Assembly (NCBI GenBank): GCA_041694835.1
Contig: JBGFRZ010000077.1
Location: forward strand, 1-42,636
Source: Ignavibacteria bacterium
GTDB taxonomy: Bacteria; Elusimicrobiota; Endomicrobiia; PHAN01
Direction: 5' to 3'
Length of the DNA stretch: 42,636 bases
Position numbers and translations under genes: made by a program. Position 1 is the stretch's first letter; each line of letters begins with the position of its first letter. The notes beneath the pieces are model-generated. The model was given only the letters and a program-made list of their open reading frames with translations. It was not told where the DNA came from and searched no databases. Below are positions 9,992 through 19,160 of this stretch, in pieces.

Positions 9992-11095
9992 ATGAGTAAG
10001 TATTTTGTAGCGGCGGGATTGCTATCCCGCTATTTCGTAGTAGCCATCTTAATGATGACAGTGGCATCAAGTGCGCTTTACGCAGGCGCAAATGCGCCAT
10101 GGGGCACGAGCGATGTCAGCGTCGGCGTTGCGGTTCAGACGGGAGATGTAGTAAGCGCGTGGGCGGGCGGAGGCACAGGTGAGCAAAGAAATGATATGAC
10201 GGGCAATGCAACATCCTTCTTCACTGCCACAAACGTGATGACAGCAGTCGGAGACGGCACTTACCAAATCAGGGTGGACTTAATTCCCAATGCTATCTAC
10301 AACTACCTCTTCAGCGCTCGGCTAAACGCCAATATGGCGGGATTTACTACCGGTTATTCACAGTCGGAGCCGATTCCAAACTCTGGTAGCGATAGCGGAA
10401 CATTTATTTCGCTTTCGTCAACAACCGTAAACCAGCCCGGAAGCGGTTCAATCAGCTATGTTAGTATTGGTGGTGATGCCAGGCGACGTTTACTGATGCC
10501 GGATGTTGCACCGGGAACGACGGTTCACATTTTCAACAACTTCGCTTCAACCCCGACAGGTGTTGCAAATTACTCTATTGTTCCCGGCTCTAACTTTCTG
10601 GATCTTAAATGGCAAGGCGGACTTGGAAGCTGGGGAGCAAATGCGCCTGCACTTGATGTGCTTGGCGGAAGGCATCGTATTTTTGTCAGCACATCTCTTG
10701 TCGGCGGGACGTATTCACTTCTTGCCGATTTAACCGGTTCGACGACATTTTACAGACATGCCGGCCTGACAACGGGTACCTCTTACTACTATATTTTCGT
10801 CTCTTCCGACGCATACCGCGGCATAACGAATCCTGCGGCGAAAACACTCTGGGCTAATTTGAGAAGGCTAACACCGGCCGAAGGTGCGGTATGGAATGCA
10901 GACGAACACGTTTCCAATGACAAATGGGGCAAACCCGCATTGCCGGTTCCTGTCTGGTTCAGAGTTGAGAACATAAGCGAGGAGTACTCAACGTGCGGCA
11001 GCATTGTGTATCTGACGCCAGAGGGTGTCGACGGAAGATTCTGGCCATACAAGATGCCGGGTCTCCTTGTCGTCGGCTACGTGCCTAAGTCGTAA
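9992..11095 (+). CDS. Secreted protein made of one copy of the unknown CBM-like + FN3-like module
   Basis: AGGAGG RBS before ATG 9992 (preferred over the 9830 start). Signal peptide ends ALYA. APWG, GGDARRRL and FNNFASTP motifs are shared with the giant protein C-terminus. Confidence 0.8.
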   Translation: MSKYFVAAGLLSRYFVVAILMMTVASSALYAGANAPWGTSDVSVGVAVQTGDVVSAWAGGGTGEQRNDMTGNATSFFTATNVMTAVGDGTYQIRVDLIPNAIYNYLFSARLNANMAGFTTGYSQSEPIPNSGSDSGTFISLSSTTVNQPGSGSISYVSIGGDARRRLLMPDVAPGTTVHIFNNFASTPTGVANYSIVPGSNFLDLKWQGGLGSWGANAPALDVLGGRHRIFVSTSLVGGTYSLLADLTGSTTFYRHAGLTTGTSYYYIFVSSDAYRGITNPAAKTLWANLRRLTPAEGAVWNADEHVSNDKWGKPALPVPVWFRVENISEEYSTCGSIVYLTPEGVDGRFWPYKMPGLLVVGYVPKS

Positions 11096-11098
11096 AAA

Positions 11099-11145
11099 AG
11101 AGCACAAGGTGTAAGTGCACAAGGCAAAGTGCAAGAGCACAAGTA
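11099..11145 (+). repeat. GCACAAG 8-mer-type tract
   Basis: agagcacaaggtgtaagtgcacaaggcaaagtgcaagagcacaagt directly after the stop codon. Confidence 0.7.
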
Positions 11146-11581
11146 ATTGCAGACCTTGGTCGGCTATTTGCGAATAAATAGGCAAAGCAAGCTTTGCCAC
11201 TACAAGCTAAAGAAATTGTAGTTGCAGACCTTGGTCTGCTAATTGTGGATAAGTGAATACGTGAAAAAATAGGGACGGTTCCTATTACTGTTCTATTGCT
11301 CTATCACTCTAATGACGGTAGGCAGTAGGTGGGGTTTGTCTATACAGGTGGGCTCCACCTACAGACGGCATTTACTTGTCAGTAGTGCTCTGTGACAGAA
11401 ATGTTTGATATTTCGCACGGGCGCCGACATTGTAGCGGGCGAATTGTATTCGCCGTTACCCCTCTATTAAGAGGGACAGGGGTGTGTTTTGCGGGATAGC
11501 AATCCCACCGCTACAACAAGAACCAAAAGAGCAAAAACTAATGTCACAGAGCAGTAGTTGCTGATTTACATCGGCCGCAAC
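11143..11581. repeat. Dense cluster of GTAG/GTAA-headed REP-like hairpins
   Basis: Examples: gtagtt-gcagacc-tt-ggtctgc (11218), ggcaaagc-aa-gctttgcc-actac (11181), gtaggtgggg...ctccacctac (11325-11362), gtagcg-ggcgaat-tgt-attcgcc (11432), gcgggatagcaatcccaccgctac (11491), and aatagggacggttcctatt (11268). Confidence 0.75.
11386..11553. mobile_element. MITE-like non-autonomous element (168 bp)
   Basis: Perfect 12-bp terminal inverted repeat TGCTCTGTGACA / TGTCACAGAGCA, flanked on both sides by GTAG (11382-11385, 11554-11557). No transposase in the window. Confidence 0.5.
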
Positions 11582-11591
11582 AAATTAAAGT

Positions 11592-12683
11592 ATGAAAAGA
11601 TTTATCAGTTTTTCACTATTGGCTATTTGCTATTTGCTATTTGCTCTTCCTTTAATAGCACAAACAGGCGGTGATGGAGCAGACCCTCGCTGGGGCACGA
11701 TTCAAAGAAAAATCGCGCTCCAGCGTGGGACTCATATAAGCGCATGGGATGCGAACGGTCGGGCAGATGTCAGTTTAGAACAATATGGAACATTTGCTGC
11801 GACCATGACACCCACCGGAGACGGCACATTTCAAATAAGGTTTGAATTAACTCCCGGCGCAGAATATAACTTCGCATTTTTTGCAATTTCTACACAGACG
11901 CTCACTGGTATAACAACGGGCGTAACATATTTCGACGCTGTTCCAAACTCAGGAAGTGATGCTGCATTTATCACATCCACATCACCATTCACCCCGCAAT
12001 TTAACAACACCGCATCGGCCAGATATATATCGATAGGTGGAGATGCAAGAAGATTTTTACGAATGCCTTATTGGTTAGAAGGTGGAACGACTTTTTATGT
12101 CTTTAACAACTGGGCGTCTACTCCAACTGCGCCTACAAATTTCCGTGCCCGACCAGGCAATATGCGAGTTGATTTATCCTGGGGTGCACCTTACGGTCAT
12201 TGGGGAACAACACAAGAGCAATACAAAGCAATTGATGTTATCGCCGGCGGTGCATATCATATCTACCGCTCGTCAATTTCGGCTGAAGGTCCTTATGAAA
12301 TCGTGGCATCCACCCCGGGACATTTTTTTAGCTGGACGGATACATCAGTTCAAAATGGTATAAGGTATTACTATGCCATTACTTCAAGCGATGCTTATAG
12401 AGGGGCGATTGGTGGTCCTCTTGCCGATGTTCAACTTGCATCCAGAAGAGAAGATTCGCCTGTAAGGACGCTAACACCGGGTGAGACCATACCGACAAGA
12501 TTCAGGGTTGAAAACATAGATTGGAGAGTTATTAAGAAAAGAGATTATTTAGTGTGGCTTACTCCGGAGAATGCTTACGACAAGTACTCCCAGGAGTATA
12601 AAACACAGGCGCGTATTACCCAGGTAAAAGTGTCTAAAACATTAAATGACTGGCTTAGTAGTATATTAGGATGGCTATTGTAG
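11592..12683 (+). CDS. Secreted protein made of one copy of the unknown CBM-like + FN3-like module
   Basis: Signal peptide MKRFISFSLLAICYLLFALPLIA. PRWG, YFDAVPNSG, GGDARRFL, FNNWASTP and KAIDVIAGG motifs. Confidence 0.85.
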   Translation: MKRFISFSLLAICYLLFALPLIAQTGGDGADPRWGTIQRKIALQRGTHISAWDANGRADVSLEQYGTFAATMTPTGDGTFQIRFELTPGAEYNFAFFAISTQTLTGITTGVTYFDAVPNSGSDAAFITSTSPFTPQFNNTASARYISIGGDARRFLRMPYWLEGGTTFYVFNNWASTPTAPTNFRARPGNMRVDLSWGAPYGHWGTTQEQYKAIDVIAGGAYHIYRSSISAEGPYEIVASTPGHFFSWTDTSVQNGIRYYYAITSSDAYRGAIGGPLADVQLASRREDSPVRTLTPGETIPTRFRVENIDWRVIKKRDYLVWLTPENAYDKYSQEYKTQARITQVKVSKTLNDWLSSILGWLL

Positions 12684-13003
12684 AGCACAAGTCAGAGCAG
12701 TAGAGCACAAGAGCAGCAGAGAACAGAGGTCGGAGGCCAGAGTGGCAGAGCACAAGTGCACAAGAGCACAAGTCAGAGGACAGAGGACAGGGGAGAGAGA
12801 ACAGAGGATTAGTGGCTCGTGGCTCGTGGTTCGTTCCTCGTTGCTTATTTCCTCCAGCCACCAGCCACAAGTCACCAGTCACCAATCTATCCGTTATTTG
12901 CTATGAAAAGATTTAGAAACTTTCCACCATTCACCATTCACTATTCACTATTCGCTATCCGCTATTTGCTTTTAACTATTGCCTACTGCCTATCCCCTAT
13001 CCC
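12682..13003 (+). repeat. Modular tandem-repeat cassette (plus), running into the signal-peptide coding region
   Basis: GCACAAGW, CAGAGRA, GTGGCTC, CACCAGY and CTATTYR tracts in the same order as in other copies. Confidence 0.9.
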
Positions 13004-15554
13004 CTGTCTTTCTGCCTTTGAACTCGGCACTCCCGCCGGAGAAACAGGTGAGTTTGCAACACAGCAAAAACATTTTTACGGCGACTACATCTCTGCCGCA
13101 CCCTCGGTTGAAAACAATGTATGGGGCTCTTCGTCAACGATGGTATTTACATTGTTGCCCGATGGGACCACTTCGCATCTTTCTGTGCTAAACATCATCC
13201 CGGGGAATACCTATTATTACTGGTTTGAGTCGCAGGGTATAGATGAGCAGAAAGCACCAGCATTTCGCATGCTCTATGTAAGTAGTTCGTCGCCCGGATA
13301 TGTTATTTTTGACGGCGCCCCATTCTCAACAAACACCCTCATATCACAGGTGACTGTCTGGCACAACTGGGCAGGGCCGCCGCCAGCGCCTTTGAATCTA
13401 ACCTCTTTTTGGTCGGCTGACAACACCTTTATTTCATTGGAGTGGGTCACGCCTCAGTTCTCGGGCCAAAGCATTTTGGATTTGGTTTACGGCGGTGGCT
13501 ATGAAATAGAACGTTCGTCGGTATCTTTCAGTGAAAATATGTTTTTTATTTCATCTATTACGGCCATAACTTCAAATATAAATTACAAAGATTATAATAT
13601 CGTTACTGACACGACTTATTATTACAGAGTTAGAGCGTATGACGCATACCGCCCGCCATTATACTCCACTTTTGCAACAACTATTCCTGAAACACGCAGG
13701 ACATATCTTACGGTTGATTTTATATTAGATGTTTCAAATTTGAAAGATGTAAAAAGCATAAGCATCGTAGGCGATTTTACAACGCCAACATGGTATCCCG
13801 GGAGGCTTTCTCTCTCTAATAGAGGCGACGGAACTTGGGGATTGTCATGGAGCGATGTTTCAATGTATACAGGCGCCGAAATAAAATACAAGTATCTTTT
13901 AAACGACGAAATATATGAAGACGATATGCCGCTTTTTCTTGGAGGGCCGAATAGAGTCGCTGTTTTGAAAGATGAGGGTTTAAGACGAATGACTATAAAA
14001 GACAACTGGTCTGTCTGGACGCCGACGATAACCCCGTCTAACCTCCCAGATTTTATAGTCGGATTTTCCGCCGAGCCCAGAGATAACGTCGTCAGAATCT
14101 CGTGGGATTACGACCCATTCTCTACGGGAACAATCGCCGGTTATTTATTGAGACGTTCTACATCGCCCGGCGGCTATGCCCTGGTTATCGCTTCAACCAA
14201 TGTTTTAGGGCCATCCACTTATTATTTTATTGACACAAATGTTTTAAACTACAACACTTATTATTACGAACTCGCCGCTATGCGCTTAGATGGCAACTTA
14301 ACGGTTTGGTCATACCCTATTAAAGCAATTCCCCCGACGGAAGGGGCATCTGTTCCAATTTATAACGTTGTTTTGGACACTAGATTTTCAGTGGGTGATA
14401 CTTTTGGAATTTTCGGCGACAGAACGGGTGAGGTGAATTTCAAATGGGATACAACTTCAGACGACCCCCAATATGGAAAGGCGAATAAATATGTAGTGAG
14501 ATACTCTACATTTCCAGTAACTGATGCTGCAAAATTCAGAAAGGCAAGGGTCGCGGGTGTTGTCAGAGGTCAAGCCGAGGGACATCATCGCCTTACAACT
14601 CTAAGTCTCGGAGAAAACTGTCCCGGATATTATTTTGTTGTCTGTGCCGTCTACGGCTCATGGCACGTTGTAAGTCTTTCAACTTCTACAATAGTAGTTG
14701 CCCCAAAGCAGTTCAATTCGTCCACACTTTCTGAAATCAGAAAGACAACCCGAAAAACTGGCAATGTTGTGTATTCCCCGGCGGTAGCATCAGTGTCGGT
14801 TCCCAGGGGCGCTTTTCCCAGAGGGGAGTATCTTGGAGTAATTAGAAATTATTACGAGTTGTCGATAGACGCCGGCTATTCCAAAAAAATTTCAGACGCC
14901 AATAAACTTTCAAGAAGCGATGAGAGATTCGGATATCTTCTGGAAAACGAGGCGCCGGAAAGTTCGAGTATATTTGCTTTTGATGTATATGATGTCTCAA
15001 GGAATAATTATTTTGTCGACGCCGATAAATCAGCTAAAAAAGACATAACCGTCTCTATATCTTATGATGGATTAAATATTCCGCCGGAAGAGTTGAAGGT
15101 GGGGGTGCTTAACGAAAAAAATAATTTCTGGCGTATTCTTAAAGACATAAAACCCGAGATTGACCACACAAACAAAGTTGTAAGATTTAAAACAAGGAAT
15201 CTTTCGGTTTATGGATTATTTAAGGCGCCATCTCCTGCGTCGGATCTTTCCAATGTTAAGGTCTATCCAAATCCTTTCAAGCCGACCGACGGACTCGCTG
15301 AAACCGGCGACTATTTTACGGGAATAAAGTTTATAAATCTTACAAGAAACGCGAAAATCCGCATTTACAATATAGCGGGAGAACTTGTAAGAGACAAAGA
15401 TATGAATGCAAATGAATTTGGCGACTGCAGATGGAACGCAAAAAATGACGACGGCGAGTATATCGCCTCGGGGGTTTATGTTTTCGTCGTCAAAGATGAT
15501 ACAATAACCGCAGGTCAAAAGAAGTTTATCGGAAAAGTGGGAATTGTAAGATGA
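12903..15554 (+). CDS. Secreted FN3/CBM20-like protein with C-terminal T9SS type-A/FlgD-Ig-like sorting domain
   Basis: ATG 12903 (MKRFRNF..., parallel to the starts at 1514 and 11592; the ORF is open from 12819). CBM20-like VDFILDV...IKYKYLLND. C-terminus VKVYPNPFKP...IRIYNIAGELVR...WNAKNDDGEYIASGVYVFVV...KVGIVR. Confidence 0.8.
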   Translation: MKRFRNFPPFTIHYSLFAIRYLLLTIAYCLSPIPCLSAFELGTPAGETGEFATQQKHFYGDYISAAPSVENNVWGSSSTMVFTLLPDGTTSHLSVLNIIPGNTYYYWFESQGIDEQKAPAFRMLYVSSSSPGYVIFDGAPFSTNTLISQVTVWHNWAGPPPAPLNLTSFWSADNTFISLEWVTPQFSGQSILDLVYGGGYEIERSSVSFSENMFFISSITAITSNINYKDYNIVTDTTYYYRVRAYDAYRPPLYSTFATTIPETRRTYLTVDFILDVSNLKDVKSISIVGDFTTPTWYPGRLSLSNRGDGTWGLSWSDVSMYTGAEIKYKYLLNDEIYEDDMPLFLGGPNRVAVLKDEGLRRMTIKDNWSVWTPTITPSNLPDFIVGFSAEPRDNVVRISWDYDPFSTGTIAGYLLRRSTSPGGYALVIASTNVLGPSTYYFIDTNVLNYNTYYYELAAMRLDGNLTVWSYPIKAIPPTEGASVPIYNVVLDTRFSVGDTFGIFGDRTGEVNFKWDTTSDDPQYGKANKYVVRYSTFPVTDAAKFRKARVAGVVRGQAEGHHRLTTLSLGENCPGYYFVVCAVYGSWHVVSLSTSTIVVAPKQFNSSTLSEIRKTTRKTGNVVYSPAVASVSVPRGAFPRGEYLGVIRNYYELSIDAGYSKKISDANKLSRSDERFGYLLENEAPESSSIFAFDVYDVSRNNYFVDADKSAKKDITVSISYDGLNIPPEELKVGVLNEKNNFWRILKDIKPEIDHTNKVVRFKTRNLSVYGLFKAPSPASDLSNVKVYPNPFKPTDGLAETGDYFTGIKFINLTRNAKIRIYNIAGELVRDKDMNANEFGDCRWNAKNDDGEYIASGVYVFVVKDDTITAGQKKFIGKVGIVR

Positions 15555-16696
15555 AAAAGACAGAGGTCAGAGGACAGAGTGGCAGAGCACAAGTGCACAA
15601 GAGCACAAGTCAGAGGACAGAGTGGCAGAGCACAAGTGCACAAGAGCAGCAGAGAACAGAGGTCAGAGGACAGAGGTCAGAGGACAGAGAACAGAGGACT
15701 AGTGGCTCGTGGCTCGTGGCTCGTGGTTCGTTTCCTCCAGTCACCAGTCACCAATCTATCCGCTATTTGCTATTTGCTGTTATTTGCGGGATAGCAATCC
15801 AGCCGCTACTATTGCCTATTGCCTCTCTTTACGCTGGTGGCACCACTTCCGCTACATTTTTGAAACTTGGCGTCGGCGCCCGCCCCGTTGCAATGGGCAG
15901 CGCATTTGTCGCAATAGCTGACGATGTCAATTCTATGGTATGGAATCCCGCAGGACTTATAAATATCGGGAAAAAAGAATTTTCATTTATGCATCTTGAA
16001 CATTTTCAGTCCATCAGATATAACTCGCTCAGTTACGCTCAACCAGTCGGAAACAACGTGCTTGGATTTGGCCTCGGATATCTTGCCACCGACGACATAA
16101 GAAGAACATTTATAGACATTAACCAGTATTCTGGTTTCAGGGACGACGGCTCTTATAATATGGAAAATAGAACATTTTTTGCGGCGGGTTCTCGCAAAAT
16201 TGCCGACGATAAATCAGCCGGAGTGCTTGTGAGATGGCTTTCTGAAAAAATAGAGAACCACACTGCTGATGGCTTCGCGATGGATATAGGATATCTCCAT
16301 CTTTTAACCGACAACATTTTATTCGGCTTGAGTGTTCAGAATATAGGGAGTACGCTTAAATTTATCGCCCATCAAGAAAAACTTCCCGTGATATTCAGAG
16401 GGGGATTAGGATTTACTCTTCTTGACGAAAAACTAAAACTTGCTTCTGATATCGTCTGGCCAATTGATTATCAGCCATCTATAAATTTTGGAGGCGAATA
16501 CAAAATTATGGACTTTCTAACGCTCAGATGTGGATGGAGATTTAAGAGTTTGTTTAGAGACGATTATTTAGGTATCATCTCGGCTATAAGCGCCGGTCTT
16601 GGATTTAATTTTTACAACTACTCCATGGATTACGCTTTTGTGCCTTACGGGGACCTCGGATATTCGCACAGAATTTCGCTCGGAGGAAGATTTTGA
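15551..16696 (+). CDS. PorV/PorQ (UPF0164)-like outer-membrane beta-barrel with 95-aa repeat-encoded leader
   Basis: FLKLGVGARPVAMGSAFVAIADDVNSMVWNPAGL signature. C-terminal DYAFVPYGDLGYSHRISLGGRF. ATGA overlap with the upstream stop. Confidence 0.85.
   Translation: MKKTEVRGQSGRAQVHKSTSQRTEWQSTSAQEQQRTEVRGQRSEDREQRTSGSWLVARGSFPPVTSHQSIRYLLFAVICGIAIQPLLLPIASLYAGGTTSATFLKLGVGARPVAMGSAFVAIADDVNSMVWNPAGLINIGKKEFSFMHLEHFQSIRYNSLSYAQPVGNNVLGFGLGYLATDDIRRTFIDINQYSGFRDDGSYNMENRTFFAAGSRKIADDKSAGVLVRWLSEKIENHTADGFAMDIGYLHLLTDNILFGLSVQNIGSTLKFIAHQEKLPVIFRGGLGFTLLDEKLKLASDIVWPIDYQPSINFGGEYKIMDFLTLRCGWRFKSLFRDDYLGIISAISAGLGFNFYNYSMDYAFVPYGDLGYSHRISLGGRF
15559..15830 (+). repeat. Modular tandem-repeat cassette (plus, coding)
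   Basis: CAGAGGW, GCACAAGW, GTGGCTC, CACCAGT and CTATTTG tracts plus an embedded REP-like hairpin. Confidence 0.9.
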
Positions 16697-18909
16697 GAAA
16701 ATCAGAGATGAGAGGACAGAGGACAGAGTGGCAGAGCACAAGTGCACAAGGGCAGAAGTGCACAAGAGCACAAGAACACAAGTGCACAAGGCACAAGTCA
16801 GAGGTCGGAGGTCAGAGGAAAACCTCTCACCTCTCATCTCTCATCTCTCACCTCTATCCACTATTCACTATTCGCTATTTGCTGTTTGCTATCCTCTATC
16901 CTCTATTCTCTATCCTCTATCCTCTGCCTCTACGCTCTGCGACTTTCCCGTCAAGAAACATAACCATTGATGGCGTTCTTTCCGAATGGCACGAGGACGA
17001 ACTCGTCTACGACGACTCACAAAACGACTCCCCCTGGGGCGTTCAAAATGAAATTCACAAACTCTACATGACATGGGACGCTTCCGCACTTTATATCGGA
17101 GTGTCTGGCGTTCAGAAAGACGGCAATAACTTGTTGGTATATATAGACACTTCGCCGCTATCAGGAATAACCGACGCTTCGCTCTTGAGAGAACCGGGCA
17201 ATGCCGCTAATTTATGGTGGTGGCGGCGCGGCAACAAATTCCCTCAGAATTTCCGTCCCGATTTTCAATGGCATATGTATCAGATGGGTTTGCGGCTCAA
17301 TGAAGGTCACGGATTGTTTAAACTCAATCCGGACAATACCACGCAGAATTTAAATGATTATGTTGTTCAAATCGCAACCGGCGGCGGCACTGGAATTTTA
17401 GGCTCGGCGGAAATCAAAATTCCCTGGGGCGTTCTATATGGAGCAGCAGGTTTTCCCGTGGGTCAGGAAATCAAAATTATCGCTATGGTTACCGGCGGCA
17501 TGGATACAAGGGGGACGGCGGATCCATCCGACGATTTGTTTGGTTCGGCACGCGATACAATCCCCGACCAGCACGGTAAATTTCCGGGTGTGTGGTATGA
17601 GTCGTTTCCCGTAGATAACTGGCTGAATATCGATTTAACAACGCTTGCCGACCGCTCGACGATACCGAGAAAATTGAAAGCCGCATCGCTCTCCGAAAGT
17701 CAGGTGAAACTGACATGGCATCACCGTGGAGTCGTTGAAAGGAATCTTGCCGGATTTAACATTTATCATAGCACCAATAACGTTAATTTTGTTCTTTATA
17801 AAAGTGTGATGCCATCTGCAACCTCTTACATTATTCCCGAGCTATCGTCGAATACGACCCACTATTTTCATATAAGAGCCATCTACGGCGGGTTAGAGGC
17901 GGGAAAATCAGAAACCGTCAAGGTTTTTTTAACCCGCCCTTTGATGAGCCATTCGCCGATAGAGGTCTTCGGATTTCCAAGCAGAAATCTGGAATTTAAG
18001 GTGGACGCTCAAGCTGGAATATCTTCGGCGAAATTGTACTACAGATTTGGAAACGAAAGTGAACGGATACAAAATATGACTATAAATGGGGGAACTCTGT
18101 CAACTAGTGTTCTGATGCCTCCATCTGAAGTTGACTTATATTATTATTTTGAAATTAAAAATCCTGTTGGTGCGGTGCATTATCTGCCGTATAACGCCCC
18201 GACGGATGTTTACTCCACAAAAATCAGAAGTGTGGTCAGCTCTTATGCGTCACGGGTTGACGCTCCGTTAAAGTTAGATTTCAGCGGAGACGTTAAAATC
18301 AACTCGCCGGCATATTCTTTGCTCTCGCCCACAACGATATATATGGGTGTTTTAGAAATTGCCGATGTGTCTATTGAAAGTTCTGCGGCTCCGCCAGTCA
18401 TTTTTTACGAGTTATATACATTAAATAAGCGCGGCGATAAAGTCGGCTTAATTTTTGCGCACCCTGTATCTATCACTCTCAGATACTTTGACGAAGATAT
18501 TGTGGGGTACGATGAGAGTAAACTCGCTATTTACAGGATTGATGGAAAAAATCTCACTCGCATTGGTGGAACGGTAAATGCTTCTGAAAACACTATAACA
18601 GCCACTGTAAGTCATCTTTCAAAATTCGGGATTTTCCATGAACTCACATCGCCTACTGCCGTGTCGGAACTAAGGCGTGTCATAAGACCCGTTTTTAACC
18701 CCGGCAAAAACGAGGTTGTCGAGTTTGACGCTCCTGGCATCGTCTCTTTCAAGATATTTGACCTAAATGGACAGGAGATATTTTCGTCGGAAAGAAATTT
18801 CTGGGACGGACGGAATTCGGCGGGGGTTATCGTTATGCCGGGTATTTATGTGTATCGGCTTGAAATTGGCACAAGAAAAATCTACGGCAGTTGCGTGGTG
18901 GTAAGATAG
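16693..18909 (+). CDS. Secreted DOMON/CBM9-like + FN3 protein with C-terminal sorting-like domain and repeat-encoded leader
   Basis: Start is TTG 16693 (overlaps upstream stop) or ATG 16708. ITIDGVLSEW...NEIHKLYMTWDASALYIGV, FN3, and C-terminal FNPGKNE...KIFDLNG...WDGRNSAG...PGIYVYRL...VVVR. Confidence 0.8.
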   Translation: MRKSEMRGQRTEWQSTSAQGQKCTRAQEHKCTRHKSEVGGQRKTSHLSSLISHLYPLFTIRYLLFAILYPLFSILYPLPLRSATFPSRNITIDGVLSEWHEDELVYDDSQNDSPWGVQNEIHKLYMTWDASALYIGVSGVQKDGNNLLVYIDTSPLSGITDASLLREPGNAANLWWWRRGNKFPQNFRPDFQWHMYQMGLRLNEGHGLFKLNPDNTTQNLNDYVVQIATGGGTGILGSAEIKIPWGVLYGAAGFPVGQEIKIIAMVTGGMDTRGTADPSDDLFGSARDTIPDQHGKFPGVWYESFPVDNWLNIDLTTLADRSTIPRKLKAASLSESQVKLTWHHRGVVERNLAGFNIYHSTNNVNFVLYKSVMPSATSYIIPELSSNTTHYFHIRAIYGGLEAGKSETVKVFLTRPLMSHSPIEVFGFPSRNLEFKVDAQAGISSAKLYYRFGNESERIQNMTINGGTLSTSVLMPPSEVDLYYYFEIKNPVGAVHYLPYNAPTDVYSTKIRSVVSSYASRVDAPLKLDFSGDVKINSPAYSLLSPTTIYMGVLEIADVSIESSAAPPVIFYELYTLNKRGDKVGLIFAHPVSITLRYFDEDIVGYDESKLAIYRIDGKNLTRIGGTVNASENTITATVSHLSKFGIFHELTSPTAVSELRRVIRPVFNPGKNEVVEFDAPGIVSFKIFDLNGQEIFSSERNFWDGRNSAGVIVMPGIYVYRLEIGTRKIYGSCVVVR
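16702..16930 (+). repeat. Modular tandem-repeat cassette (plus, coding)
   Basis: CAGAGGA, GCACAAGW, CTCTCAY, CTATTCR and CCTCTAT tracts. Confidence 0.9.
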
Positions 18910-19160
18910 AGGACGGAGATGAGAGGACAGAGGACAGAGTGGCAGAGCACAAGTGCACAAGAGCACAAGTGCACAAGAGCAGCAGAGAACAGAGAACAGG
19001 AGAGAGAGAACAGAGGATTAGTGGCTCGTGGCTCGTGGCTCGTGGCTCATTTCCTCCAGCCACCATCCACAAGTCACCAGTCACCAATCTATCCGCTATT
19101 CGCTATTTGCTATTTGCTATTCACTATCCCCTATACCCTATCCCCTATCCCCTACCTTTA
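18908..19160 (+). repeat. Modular tandem-repeat cassette (plus, coding)
   Basis: CAGAGGA, GCACAAGW, CAGAGAA, GTGGCTC, CACCAGT, CTATTTG and CCCTATC tracts. Confidence 0.9.
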
